Under the pieces are notes generated by a model. That model did no database searches, was not told the DNA's origin, and saw only the letters and a program-made list of their open reading frames with translations. The translations under genes and the position numbers were made by a program. This document shows, piece after piece, positions 42,872-50,880 of a DNA stretch of 64,000 nucleotides. How positions within the stretch are numbered: the stretch's first letter is position 1; every line of letters starts with the position of its first letter. Source of the stretch: an uncultured Acidobacteriota bacterium (lineage in GTDB: Bacteria; Acidobacteriota; Vicinamibacteria; Vicinamibacterales; UBA2999); contig CAWAYR010000024.1 of the NCBI GenBank assembly GCA_963786365.1, forward strand, positions 145,960 to 209,959, in the 5' to 3' direction.

Positions 42872-44016
42872 ATCGTCGCATCCTCGTCGCCGCGGCCGGG
42901 GCCCTGGCCCTGGCGCTGCCGGCGTCGGCTCCGGCCGAACAAATCGGCAAGCTGCAGAGCGCGCTGAAGCGCGTGCAGCAGATCAAGGACGTCGAGATGA
43001 CCGAGGCCGACGAGGCTCAGCTCGGCGCCGAGGTCAGCACCCGCATCCGGGCCCGCTACGGCGTGGTCCAGGACCAGGCCGCGCACCGCTATGTGTCGCT
43101 GGTCGGGATGGCGCTGGTGATGGCCAGCTCGAAGCCGGGGCCGAACTGGAAGTTCATCATCCTCGACACCGACGCGGTCAACGCGTTCGCCGCACCGGGC
43201 GGCTTCGTGCACATCACCAAGGGCGCGCTGGCGAATCTGAAGAACGAGTCGGAGCTCGCCGGCGTGCTCGCCCACGAGATCATCCACGTCACCGACAAGC
43301 ACACCATCCGCGCCATCCAGAAGGGCAAGCTGGTGCAGATGGGCGCCGACGAGACCGTGGCCGGCAACAGCGCGCTCATGAGCAAGCTCGCCGACAAGGC
43401 CTACGAGGTGATCGAGAGCGGCTTCGGCCGCGGCGAAGAGCTCGAGAGCGACGAGAAGGGCATCGTGATCGCCAACGCCGTGGGCTACGCGCCGCAGGGC
43501 ATGAACGGCTTCCTGAACATGCTGGTCGAGCGCAACAAGAGCGGGCAGCCGGCCAAGAACGGCCTGTTCGCCTCGCATCCCGAGACCAAGGAGCGCATCG
43601 ACAAGATGACCCAGCAGATCGCGTCGGCCAAGCTCACCTCGACGGCCACCGTCGCCGAGCGCTACACCGCGACGATCACCTTCACACCGGTCGCGGCCGC
43701 CGAGATCGCCACCATCGAAGCGGGGTCGGCCGGCGCCGCCGGGGCCACCGCCAAGCCGGCCGAGGAGCCGAAGAAGAAGGGCCTGGGCGGTCTCACCGGG
43801 GCCTTGAAGCCGAGCGGCGGCGAGCGCAAGTCGGCACAGGTCACCGGCTCGGGCGCGGCCCGCGGCGCCGGCGGCGAAGACCGCCTGGCCAAGGGCGGGT
43901 CGAATCCGGCGCTGGTCGCCGTCACCGTGAGTGCCGCGGACCTCGCCGAGTTCAAGAAGGCGGGGGGACTCGAAATAGCAGGGACCAGGGACCGGGGACC
44001 GGGGACCAGGGACTGA
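42868..44016 (+). CDS. Secreted M48 family zinc metallopeptidase
   Basis: Signal peptide, HEIIH (HExxH) and a downstream EELESDEKG glutamate. ATGA overlap with the cyclase stop. The last 12 codons are encoded by the GGGACCR heptamer array. Confidence 0.8.
   Translation: MNRRILVAAAGALALALPASAPAEQIGKLQSALKRVQQIKDVEMTEADEAQLGAEVSTRIRARYGVVQDQAAHRYVSLVGMALVMASSKPGPNWKFIILDTDAVNAFAAPGGFVHITKGALANLKNESELAGVLAHEIIHVTDKHTIRAIQKGKLVQMGADETVAGNSALMSKLADKAYEVIESGFGRGEELESDEKGIVIANAVGYAPQGMNGFLNMLVERNKSGQPAKNGLFASHPETKERIDKMTQQIASAKLTSTATVAERYTATITFTPVAAAEIATIEAGSAGAAGATAKPAEEPKKKGLGGLTGALKPSGGERKSAQVTGSGAARGAGGEDRLAKGGSNPALVAVTVSAADLAEFKKAGGLEIAGTRDRGPGTRD
43981..44015 (+). repeat. Heptamer tandem array (GGGACCR) x5
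   Basis: GGGACCA GGGACCG GGGACCG GGGACCA GGGACTG. It overlaps the M48 stop codon and ends 6 nt before the MscS GTG. Confidence 0.9.
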
Positions 44017-44021
44017 CAGGC

Positions 44022-45443
44022 GTGCAACTGCCCCTGGTCACGGTCGTCGCGCTGGGCGTGGTGCTGGCGGCGCTCGCCGCCGTGCGCAGCCGGTTCGTGC
44101 GCGCGCGGCTGGCGTTCGCGGCCATGCTGCTCGTCGCCGCCGCCGCGCTGGAAGTCGCGGTCGGCCGCGCCTGGGGCGATCCAGTGCTGCTCGCCGGACT
44201 GGCGAAGCTGTCGATCGTCGCGGCCGGCGTGCTCGCCGCCGTCTCGCTGGCGTTCAATCCGTGGCGCCAGAATCGCCCCTCCGATCGCGTACCGGCGATC
44301 GTGCAGGACGTCATCGTCATCGCGCTCTTCGCGGTGGCGACGACGCTGCTGCTCGACGAGAAGCTGCTCACCACCTCGGCGGTCGGTGCCGTCGTCATCG
44401 GGTTCGCGCTGCAGGACACGCTCGGCAACCTCTTTGCCGGCCTCGCCATCCAGATCGAAAAGCCGTTCAGCGTCGGCCACTGGATCCGCGTCGGCGAGCA
44501 CGAGGGCAAGGTGCAGGAGGTGACGTGGCGCGCCACCAAGCTGCTGACCAAGGCCGGGCAGTTCGTCATCGTGCCCAACAGCGTGATGTCGAAGGACCCG
44601 ATCCTGAATTACTCCGAGCCCACGGTGCCGACCCGGCTCGAGATCGACATCGGGCTCAGCTACGACGCCGCGCCGAACGACGCCAAGCGCGCGCTGCACG
44701 AAGCGCTGGCCAACGCCCCGCTGGTCATGCGTTCGCCCGAACCCGACGTGGTCATCAGCGACTTCGCCGGCTCCTCGGTCAACTACCGCCTCCGCTTCTG
44801 GGTCGACGACTACGGCCGCGATGAAGCCGCGCGCGACCAGGTGCGCAGCAATCTCTGGTACACGCTGCGCCGTTACGGCATCGAGATCCCGTATCCGATC
44901 CAGGTCGAATACAGCCGCGAGGAGCAGGCCGGCCGCCCGCCGTCGCGGATTCGCTACGTCGCCGATCGGCTGGCCGAGATCGATCTCTTCACCGGGCTCG
45001 ACGACGTGGATCGGGCCCGGCTCGCCGAGGCGTGTCCCGAGCACCTCTTCGGCGCCGGCGAGCGCATCGTGCGGCAGGGCGACGCCGGACAGTCGATGTT
45101 CGTCGTGCTCGACGGGCGCGTGCGGGTCACGCTCGAGCCGTCGGGGCAAGAAGTGGCGGTGACCTCACGCGGCGGTTTCTTCGGCGAGATGTCGATGCTG
45201 ACCGGTGATCCCCGCACCGCGACGGTCTCGGCGCTCGACGACGCGCTGCTGCTCGAGATCTCGGCCGAGCGCTTCCGCGAACTGGCGGTGATGCGCCACG
45301 GGCTGGTGGAACACGTGAGCGAGCTGGTGTCGGCGCGGCGGGCCGGGCTGGCGTCGGCACGGGCGGCCGCCGAGGAAGCGCAGGCGGGCGCGCCGAGCAG
45401 GGCGGGGCTGCTCGAGCGGATCAAGAACTACCTCTCGCTCTAG
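44022..45443 (+). CDS. MscS-family mechanosensitive channel with a C-terminal cyclic-nucleotide-binding domain (bCNG-type)
   Basis: Intact 473-aa ORF with N-terminal TM helices. The MscS core is LGNLFAGLAIQIEKPFSVGHWIRV...VIVPNS. The CNB motif is GGFFGEMSMLTGDPRTATVSA. Confidence 0.85.
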   Translation: MQLPLVTVVALGVVLAALAAVRSRFVRARLAFAAMLLVAAAALEVAVGRAWGDPVLLAGLAKLSIVAAGVLAAVSLAFNPWRQNRPSDRVPAIVQDVIVIALFAVATTLLLDEKLLTTSAVGAVVIGFALQDTLGNLFAGLAIQIEKPFSVGHWIRVGEHEGKVQEVTWRATKLLTKAGQFVIVPNSVMSKDPILNYSEPTVPTRLEIDIGLSYDAAPNDAKRALHEALANAPLVMRSPEPDVVISDFAGSSVNYRLRFWVDDYGRDEAARDQVRSNLWYTLRRYGIEIPYPIQVEYSREEQAGRPPSRIRYVADRLAEIDLFTGLDDVDRARLAEACPEHLFGAGERIVRQGDAGQSMFVVLDGRVRVTLEPSGQEVAVTSRGGFFGEMSMLTGDPRTATVSALDDALLLEISAERFRELAVMRHGLVEHVSELVSARRAGLASARAAAEEAQAGAPSRAGLLERIKNYLSL

Positions 45444-45491
45444 GGGGCTCGGGTCCCGGGGCTCGGGACCGGACCGTCACGCTGTCACGCT
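45444..45491. repeat. Heptamer + octamer tandem array between convergent genes; contains a hairpin
   Basis: GGGGCTC GGGTCCC GGGGCTC GGGACCG GACC, then GTCACGCT GTCACGCT. It starts 1 nt after the MscS stop. The last octamer overlaps the stop of the minus-strand gene. Hairpin GGTCCCG-GGGCT-CGGGACC lies at 45452-45470. Confidence 0.85.
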
Positions 45492-46128
45492 ACCAGCGCC
45501 ACGCACCACCACGGCGGCGCTCGCCTTCGTTGTAGCCCTGGTCGTAGCCGCGCTCGAAGCCACGACGGTAGCTGCCCTCGTAGACGCCCTTGGGGCCGTA
45601 CTCGCGGCGGTAGCCCTGGTCGGCATCGCGGTAGCGGCCGTGCCGGCGGGGGTCGTAACGGTCGCGATCGCGGCCGTCGTCCGCGCCGCGCTTGTAGCCC
45701 TCTTCGAATCCGTTGGCGTAGCCGATGTCGTCGGAGACGCCGCCGTAGCCCGAGGGACGCCGCGGTCCCGGCGTTCCGCCGTACCACGGGGTCGGGGCGC
45801 GGCGCGCGCCGGCGCCACGGCCGCCGGCCGAGTAGAAGCCGTCGCGGTAGCCGGCGACGAAGCCGGCCCGGTACTGCTGAGTGTAGGCGTCGCGCCGGTT
45901 GTCGCGGCTGCTGTAGCCGCGGTCGGCGGCGCGGTAGTCGCGGTGGCGCTGGTATTCGAAGCCGCGGCCGCTCCTGGCGTCGTCGCCGCCGGCCCGTGCG
46001 CCGTCGCGGTAACCGCTGTCATAAGCGCCGCCGCCCGAGCCGTCGCGCCGCTGTGCCTCGGCCGGTGCCGCCGCGAGCGCGACCACCGTCAGGGCGGCGA
46101 ACGTGGCAACCAGAAGCTGTGCACGCAT
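45490..46128 (-). CDS. Secreted R/D/Y/G-rich low-complexity protein
   Basis: Intact 212-aa ORF with a signal peptide (AAPAEAQ). Recurrent GYRDG / RDRYD / GYxxGY motifs. No globular domain was recognised. Confidence 0.55.
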   Translation of the reverse strand: MRAQLLVATFAALTVVALAAAPAEAQRRDGSGGGAYDSGYRDGARAGGDDARSGRGFEYQRHRDYRAADRGYSSRDNRRDAYTQQYRAGFVAGYRDGFYSAGGRGAGARRAPTPWYGGTPGPRRPSGYGGVSDDIGYANGFEEGYKRGADDGRDRDRYDPRRHGRYRDADQGYRREYGPKGVYEGSYRRGFERGYDQGYNEGERRRGGAWRW

Positions 46129-46263
46129 GACCGTCTCCCGTCACAGGCAGCTGACGGAAGAACACACTGCACCAGGCGTGCCAATCCGGATAGGGCGGCC
46201 AAGCGGCGACCGGCGAGGCCGATTGGCCCCCGGGACCGCGGCCCTGGGGCCTGGCGAGGGCGG

Positions 46264-46770
46264 CTACTGCGCTGAAAGGAGGACGCGCTCGCCCGAGGCC
46301 GACGTGAAATCGAACAGGACGCCGGGGCCGTAGCGTTCCAGGTCGGCCACCTCCAGGCGCACCCCGTGATCGTCGAGGCCGTTGACGTAGGCGCCGAATT
46401 CAATCGGGCCCGACTTCAGGCGGAGCAGCCACATCGGCAGGGCCACGGTGGCCAGGGCGCGTTCGTCGGGATCCCAGGCCAGCACGTGGACCGTTGTCAC
46501 GGTACCCGGGTTGTTCCGCGTCGCGATGCCCTCGACGTAGCGCGGCTTGCGGTGCTCGTCGAACTCGACGACCGGGCGCACGTCGGCGAAGCGCCGCTTG
46601 GCCTGGTCGAAGGCCGCGGCCGCCTCGGTGCTCGCGACGTCGCGCTGGACCGTCGTGTGCTCGCTGAAGTAGGCCACCGAGATGGCGATGGCGCCGATGC
46701 CCATGAACACGACCAGCACGGCAATCCCCGCCGCGATCGGCAGCCAACGGCGCTTGGTGGAGGTGGCCAT
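46264..46770 (-). CDS. Hypothetical membrane-anchored protein
   Basis: Intact 168-aa ORF with a single N-terminal TM (WLPIAAGIAVLVVFMGIGAIAISVAYF). The sequence is non-repetitive with protein-like composition. Confidence 0.5.
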   Translation of the reverse strand: MATSTKRRWLPIAAGIAVLVVFMGIGAIAISVAYFSEHTTVQRDVASTEAAAAFDQAKRRFADVRPVVEFDEHRKPRYVEGIATRNNPGTVTTVHVLAWDPDERALATVALPMWLLRLKSGPIEFGAYVNGLDDHGVRLEVADLERYGPGVLFDFTSASGERVLLSAQ

Positions 46771-46792
46771 CGTCGATGAATCGCGACGCGGA

Positions 46793-47782
46793 TCAAAGCT
46801 CCAGGGCGGTGCCCGCCCCGGTGTCTTCCGCCCGACGGTACACCAGATCGGCCGCGGCCACGTCCTCGACGGCCATGCCGAGGGACTTGAAGATCGTCAC
46901 CTCGTCGGCCTGACGTCGGCCGGGGACTCGTCCGAGCAGCACCTCGCCCAGCTCGCCGACCACGTGTGACTCGCCGAAGCGGCCTTCGCGGATCCCCTGC
47001 ACGACGTCGCCGGATTCGACCAAGGCCGCCGCCCGCGAGTCGACCACCAGGCGTCCCCGCGCCACCAGCGCCGGCGCCATCTCCCGCTGGTCGGGACGGC
47101 AGGCGCCCACCGAGATGACATGCGCGCCGCTGGACACCCAGGCGTCGTCGACGACCGGCGTCGGCGACGAGGTGACCAGGACGACGATGTCGGCGCCGCG
47201 TACGGCCTCCTCGGCCGACGCACACGCCCGGATCGGCGGTGCCACCTTGCCCGCCATGTCGGCGACGAAGCGCTCGCGGCTGCGCGGCTGTGGACTCCAC
47301 ACCCGCACGTCGGCGAGGGCCCGCACCTCGACCAGCGCTTCCAGGTGGCTGCGCGCCTGCACGCCGGTGCCGAGAATCGCCAGGCGGCTGGCCTCGGGCC
47401 GAGCCATCGCCTTGGCCGACACCGCCGAGACCGCCGCCGTCCGCGCCTCGGTGATGTAGCGCCCGTCCATCACCGCCATGAGCGCGCCGGTCTCGGGGTC
47501 GAAGAGCAGGATCGTCGCCAGGTGCGAGGGCAGCCCCTTGGCCAGGTTCTGTCCGAACACCGTGACCAGCTTCGCCCCCAGTTGCGGCGGCTCCGACACG
47601 TAGGCCGGCATGACCCCGAAGAAGGCCTTCTGCGCGCCGACCGACAGCACCGTACGAACGGGCTGCACCACATCGCCGGCCGAGAAGCGCGCCAGCGCCG
47701 TTTCCATCGCCTGGATGAGATCGCCGGGCGGCAGAAGGGCGGCGACGTGGTGTTCGGTCAGGAGACGGAAGCGCTGTGACAT
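46793..47782 (-). CDS. Ornithine cyclodeaminase / mu-crystallin family protein
   Basis: Intact 329-aa ORF. The Rossmann segment LAILGTGVQARSHLEAL and the overall pattern (GVMPAY...KLVTVF...) are typical of the OCD family. Confidence 0.75.
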   Translation of the reverse strand: MSQRFRLLTEHHVAALLPPGDLIQAMETALARFSAGDVVQPVRTVLSVGAQKAFFGVMPAYVSEPPQLGAKLVTVFGQNLAKGLPSHLATILLFDPETGALMAVMDGRYITEARTAAVSAVSAKAMARPEASRLAILGTGVQARSHLEALVEVRALADVRVWSPQPRSRERFVADMAGKVAPPIRACASAEEAVRGADIVVLVTSSPTPVVDDAWVSSGAHVISVGACRPDQREMAPALVARGRLVVDSRAAALVESGDVVQGIREGRFGESHVVGELGEVLLGRVPGRRQADEVTIFKSLGMAVEDVAAADLVYRRAEDTGAGTALEL

Positions 47783-47979
47783 GGCTAGTGGTCTGTGCGC
47801 GCTGAAACAGTACCGATTGCCGGAGCGCGGCGCCCGGATCGCAAGGCGCGAGGAGCGAGCATATTGGCCGATATGTGAGCGATGAGCAACGCCGCGAGGC
47901 GGGATGCCCCGCCCGGCAGGCGGTATTGATTCAGCGTGGACAGGCCACTAGGTCCGGGACGTCTGGCGATGGTGGCACA

Positions 47980-48903
47980 TCACGCCAGCGTCCGGCGAGG
48001 CCACGCCTCGGCGAGCGCGGCGGCGGCGCGGACCGTGGCCAGGTGGATGGCGACGATGTCGTCCACGTCCGGTGCATATCCGCCGCTCATCACGACCGCG
48101 ACCGGCACGCCGGCGGCGCGGCAGGCGTCGAAGACGACGGCGTCGCGTGCGGCCAGGCCGGCGATCGTGACCCGCAGGCGCCCGAGGCGATCGCCCTCGT
48201 AGGGGTCGGCCCCCGCCAGGTAGAACACGAGGTGCGGGACCTGCGGAGCGAACACCGACGGCAGGTGCTCCGCCAGCGCTGCGAGGTACTCGGTGTCGGT
48301 CGCGCCGTCGGGCAGCTCGACGTCGAGATCGCTCGCCTCCTTGCGGAAGGGGTAGTTCTTCGCGCCGTGCATCGAGAAGGTGAACACCGTCGGATCGTCC
48401 TGGAAGATGGCGGCCGTGCCGTTGCCCTGGTGCACGTCGCAGTCGACCACTGCGAGCCGCGTGCAGCGGCCCTCGCGCTGCAGCACCCGGGCCGCGACCG
48501 CGACGTCGTTGAACACGCAGTAGCCCTCGCCGCGATCGGCGAAGGCGTGATGGGTGCCGCCGGCGAGGTTGACCGACGCCCCATCCTCGAGTGCGGCCCG
48601 GGCCGCGGCGATCGTCGCCCCGGCCGACCGGCGCGAGCGTTCCACCATCGCCGGCGACCACGGGAACCCGATGCGGCGAATCATCCCGGCCGGCAGCGTG
48701 CCGGCGGCCACCGCGGCGACGTAGTCGGGGGTGTGGGCCAGCGTCAGCGCGTCCCACGAGGCGGCCGGCGCCTCGAGGAGATCGGCGGCGGCGACGACGC
48801 CGTCCTCCAGCACGCGCTGCCGCAGCCGCGCGTACTTTTCCATCGGGAACCGGTGCCCCTCGGGCAGCGGCAGCACGAAGTGATCGGAGTAGAACGCGCG
48901 CAT
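47980..48903 (-). CDS. Histone deacetylase-family (arginase-fold) amidohydrolase
   Basis: Starts MRAFYSDHF at 48903. Motifs are NLAGGTHHAF, GYCVFNDVAVA and VVDCDVHQGNGT. Confidence 0.8.
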   Translation of the reverse strand: MRAFYSDHFVLPLPEGHRFPMEKYARLRQRVLEDGVVAAADLLEAPAASWDALTLAHTPDYVAAVAAGTLPAGMIRRIGFPWSPAMVERSRRSAGATIAAARAALEDGASVNLAGGTHHAFADRGEGYCVFNDVAVAARVLQREGRCTRLAVVDCDVHQGNGTAAIFQDDPTVFTFSMHGAKNYPFRKEASDLDVELPDGATDTEYLAALAEHLPSVFAPQVPHLVFYLAGADPYEGDRLGRLRVTIAGLAARDAVVFDACRAAGVPVAVVMSGGYAPDVDDIVAIHLATVRAAAALAEAWPRRTLA

Positions 48904-49004
48904 CGCGATGGCGTTGGACAGCGTAACAGGTGCGACCGTGCTATGACCGCCGCGGTCGGGGCTTGAGCCGCGCGCCTTGGACGGATAAGGTGTCTGCCGT
49001 GGCA

Positions 49005-49835
49005 ATGGCCCGCAGCCCGAGGCGCGACCGGGTAGTGATCGACCCGGCGGAGCGCCGGGCGGCGGTGCTGCGCGTGATCCGCGGCGCCCGCCGCCGGCTC
49101 GCCCTCACCATCTTCCGCTGCAACGACGCCGACGTGCTCGAGGCCGTCGCGGCCGCCGTCGAGCGCGGTGTCGAAGTCGACGTGCTGCTGACGCGGCGCG
49201 CCCGCGGCTGGCGCCGGCGGCTCGATCGCCTGCGGCTGCGGCTGGAGCGGATGGGCGCGCGGGTCACCCGGCACGGCGCGCGGGCGACCAAGCATCATGC
49301 GAAGTACGTCGTCGCCGACCGCGGACCGCTACTCGTCGCCTCCTTCAACCTCACCCGCAAGTGCTTCACGCGCACCTGCGACTTCGGGGTGCTCACCTGG
49401 GATCCGGGGGCGGTGGCCGACGCCTGGCGGCTCTTCGACGCCGATCTGGCCCACCGCCAGCTGCCGGTGGCCGCGGCCCGGGCCTCGCGGCTGGTGATCG
49501 GGCCGGAATCGGCGGCGCCAGCCGTGCGGGCGCTGCTCGCCGACGCCCGCCGCCACATCCGGATCATCGACCACAAGCTCGACGACCCGCGAGTGAAGCG
49601 GCTGCTGAAGCGCAAGGCTCGCGACGGCGTGCGGGTCGACCACCTGGCCGCGCGCGTCGTCGGCCGCCACGATGCGCACGGCAAGGTCGCGATCGTCGAC
49701 GGCCGGGTCGCGCTGGTCGGCAGCCTGGCGCTGTCGGCCACCAGCCTCGGCCTGCGCCGCGAGCTCAGCCTCCTCGTGCACGAACCGTCCGCGGTGCGAC
49801 GGCTCGCGGCCTTCTTCGACGCCGTCACCGGCTGA
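49005..49835 (+). CDS. Phospholipase D-like protein with two HxK motifs
   Basis: Starts MARSPRR at 49005. The first motif is TKHHAKYVVAD and the second is DAHGKVAIVDGRVALVGS. Confidence 0.7.
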   Translation: MARSPRRDRVVIDPAERRAAVLRVIRGARRRLALTIFRCNDADVLEAVAAAVERGVEVDVLLTRRARGWRRRLDRLRLRLERMGARVTRHGARATKHHAKYVVADRGPLLVASFNLTRKCFTRTCDFGVLTWDPGAVADAWRLFDADLAHRQLPVAAARASRLVIGPESAAPAVRALLADARRHIRIIDHKLDDPRVKRLLKRKARDGVRVDHLAARVVGRHDAHGKVAIVDGRVALVGSLALSATSLGLRRELSLLVHEPSAVRRLAAFFDAVTG

Positions 49836-49849
49836 CGGACGAGCCAAGA

Positions 49850-50872
49850 ATGATTCACCACATCCGCACCATCGACGCCCATACCGCCGGGGAACCCCTG
49901 CGGCTGATCGTCGACGGGCTGCCGACGCCCGAGGGCGCGACCATGCTGGCCAAACGCCAGTGGGCGATGAAACACCTCGACCACCTCCGCCGGGCGCTGA
50001 TGCTCGAGCCGCGCGGCCACGCCGACATGTACGGGGCCTTGCTCACCGAGCCGGTGACCCCGGGCGCTCACGCCGGCGTGCTCTTCATGCACAACGAAGG
50101 GTGGAGCACGATGTGCGGCCACGGCGTCATCGCCGTCTCGACCATCGCCGTCGAGCGCGGGCTGATGTGGGACGCCGCCAGCGGCCCCGGGCCGGGCGAC
50201 GTCGAGATCGTCCTCGATGCGCCGGCCGGGCCGGTGCGCGCAGTGGCTTGCCAGTCGATCAACGAGGGCCGCACCCACGTGCCGCACGTGTCGTTCCGCA
50301 ACGTGCCGTCGTTCGTGCTCGCCGCCGGCGTGCCGCTGGCGCTTGCCGGCCGTGCCTGCACCGCCGACGTCGCCTTCGGCGGCGCGTTCTATGCCATCGT
50401 CGACGCCGAGGCGGCGGGCCTGTCGGTGGACCCGGCCAAGCTCGGCGAGCTCAAACGGGTCGGCATGGCCATCGCCCGCGACGTCGAGCGGCTGGTGAAG
50501 GTCGTGCACCCCACCGAGCCGGGGCTGACCGGCATCTACGGGACGATCTTCACCGCTCCGGCGCGGGCCGATGGCGCCCACTTGCGCAACGTGACGGTGT
50601 TTGCCGACGCCGAAGTCGACCGGTCGCCCTGCGGCACCGGCACAGCGGCGGTGATGGCCGTGCTCGACGAGATGGGAGTGCTGGGCGGGGACGCGCCCTT
50701 CGTGCACGAGAGCATCATCGGCACCTGCTTCAGCGGCCGGGTCGCCGCCCGCACCCGGGTCGGCGATCATGCCGCCATCGTCCCTGAAATCACCGGCAGC
50801 GCCTGGATCACCGGCGAACACACGTTCCTGGTCGATGGCGACGACCCGCTGCGAGCCGGATTCAGGATCTGA
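49850..50872 (+). CDS. Proline racemase family enzyme (Cys/Cys type: proline racemase or hydroxyproline 2-epimerase)
   Basis: Starts MIHHIRTIDAHTAGEPLR at 49850. The catalytic pair is STMCGHG and DRSPCGTG. Confidence 0.8.
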   Translation: MIHHIRTIDAHTAGEPLRLIVDGLPTPEGATMLAKRQWAMKHLDHLRRALMLEPRGHADMYGALLTEPVTPGAHAGVLFMHNEGWSTMCGHGVIAVSTIAVERGLMWDAASGPGPGDVEIVLDAPAGPVRAVACQSINEGRTHVPHVSFRNVPSFVLAAGVPLALAGRACTADVAFGGAFYAIVDAEAAGLSVDPAKLGELKRVGMAIARDVERLVKVVHPTEPGLTGIYGTIFTAPARADGAHLRNVTVFADAEVDRSPCGTGTAAVMAVLDEMGVLGGDAPFVHESIIGTCFSGRVAARTRVGDHAAIVPEITGSAWITGEHTFLVDGDDPLRAGFRI

Positions 50873-50880
50873 ACCGCACC

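Noticed and set aside
41336-45149. Long minus-strand ORFs 41336..42769 (477 aa) and 43662..45149 (495 aa)
   Set aside because: They are antisense to the intact cyclase, M48 and MscS genes. Composition is low-complexity R/G/A/D/H with no recognisable domains.
47783-47979. 197-bp spacer with partial repeats (GCGAGGAGCGAGC / GAGCGATGAGCAACGCCGCGAGGCGG), considered as a small RNA
   Set aside because: I could not define a stable conserved-looking structure or a promoter/terminator pair. It may simply be the OCD gene's upstream region.
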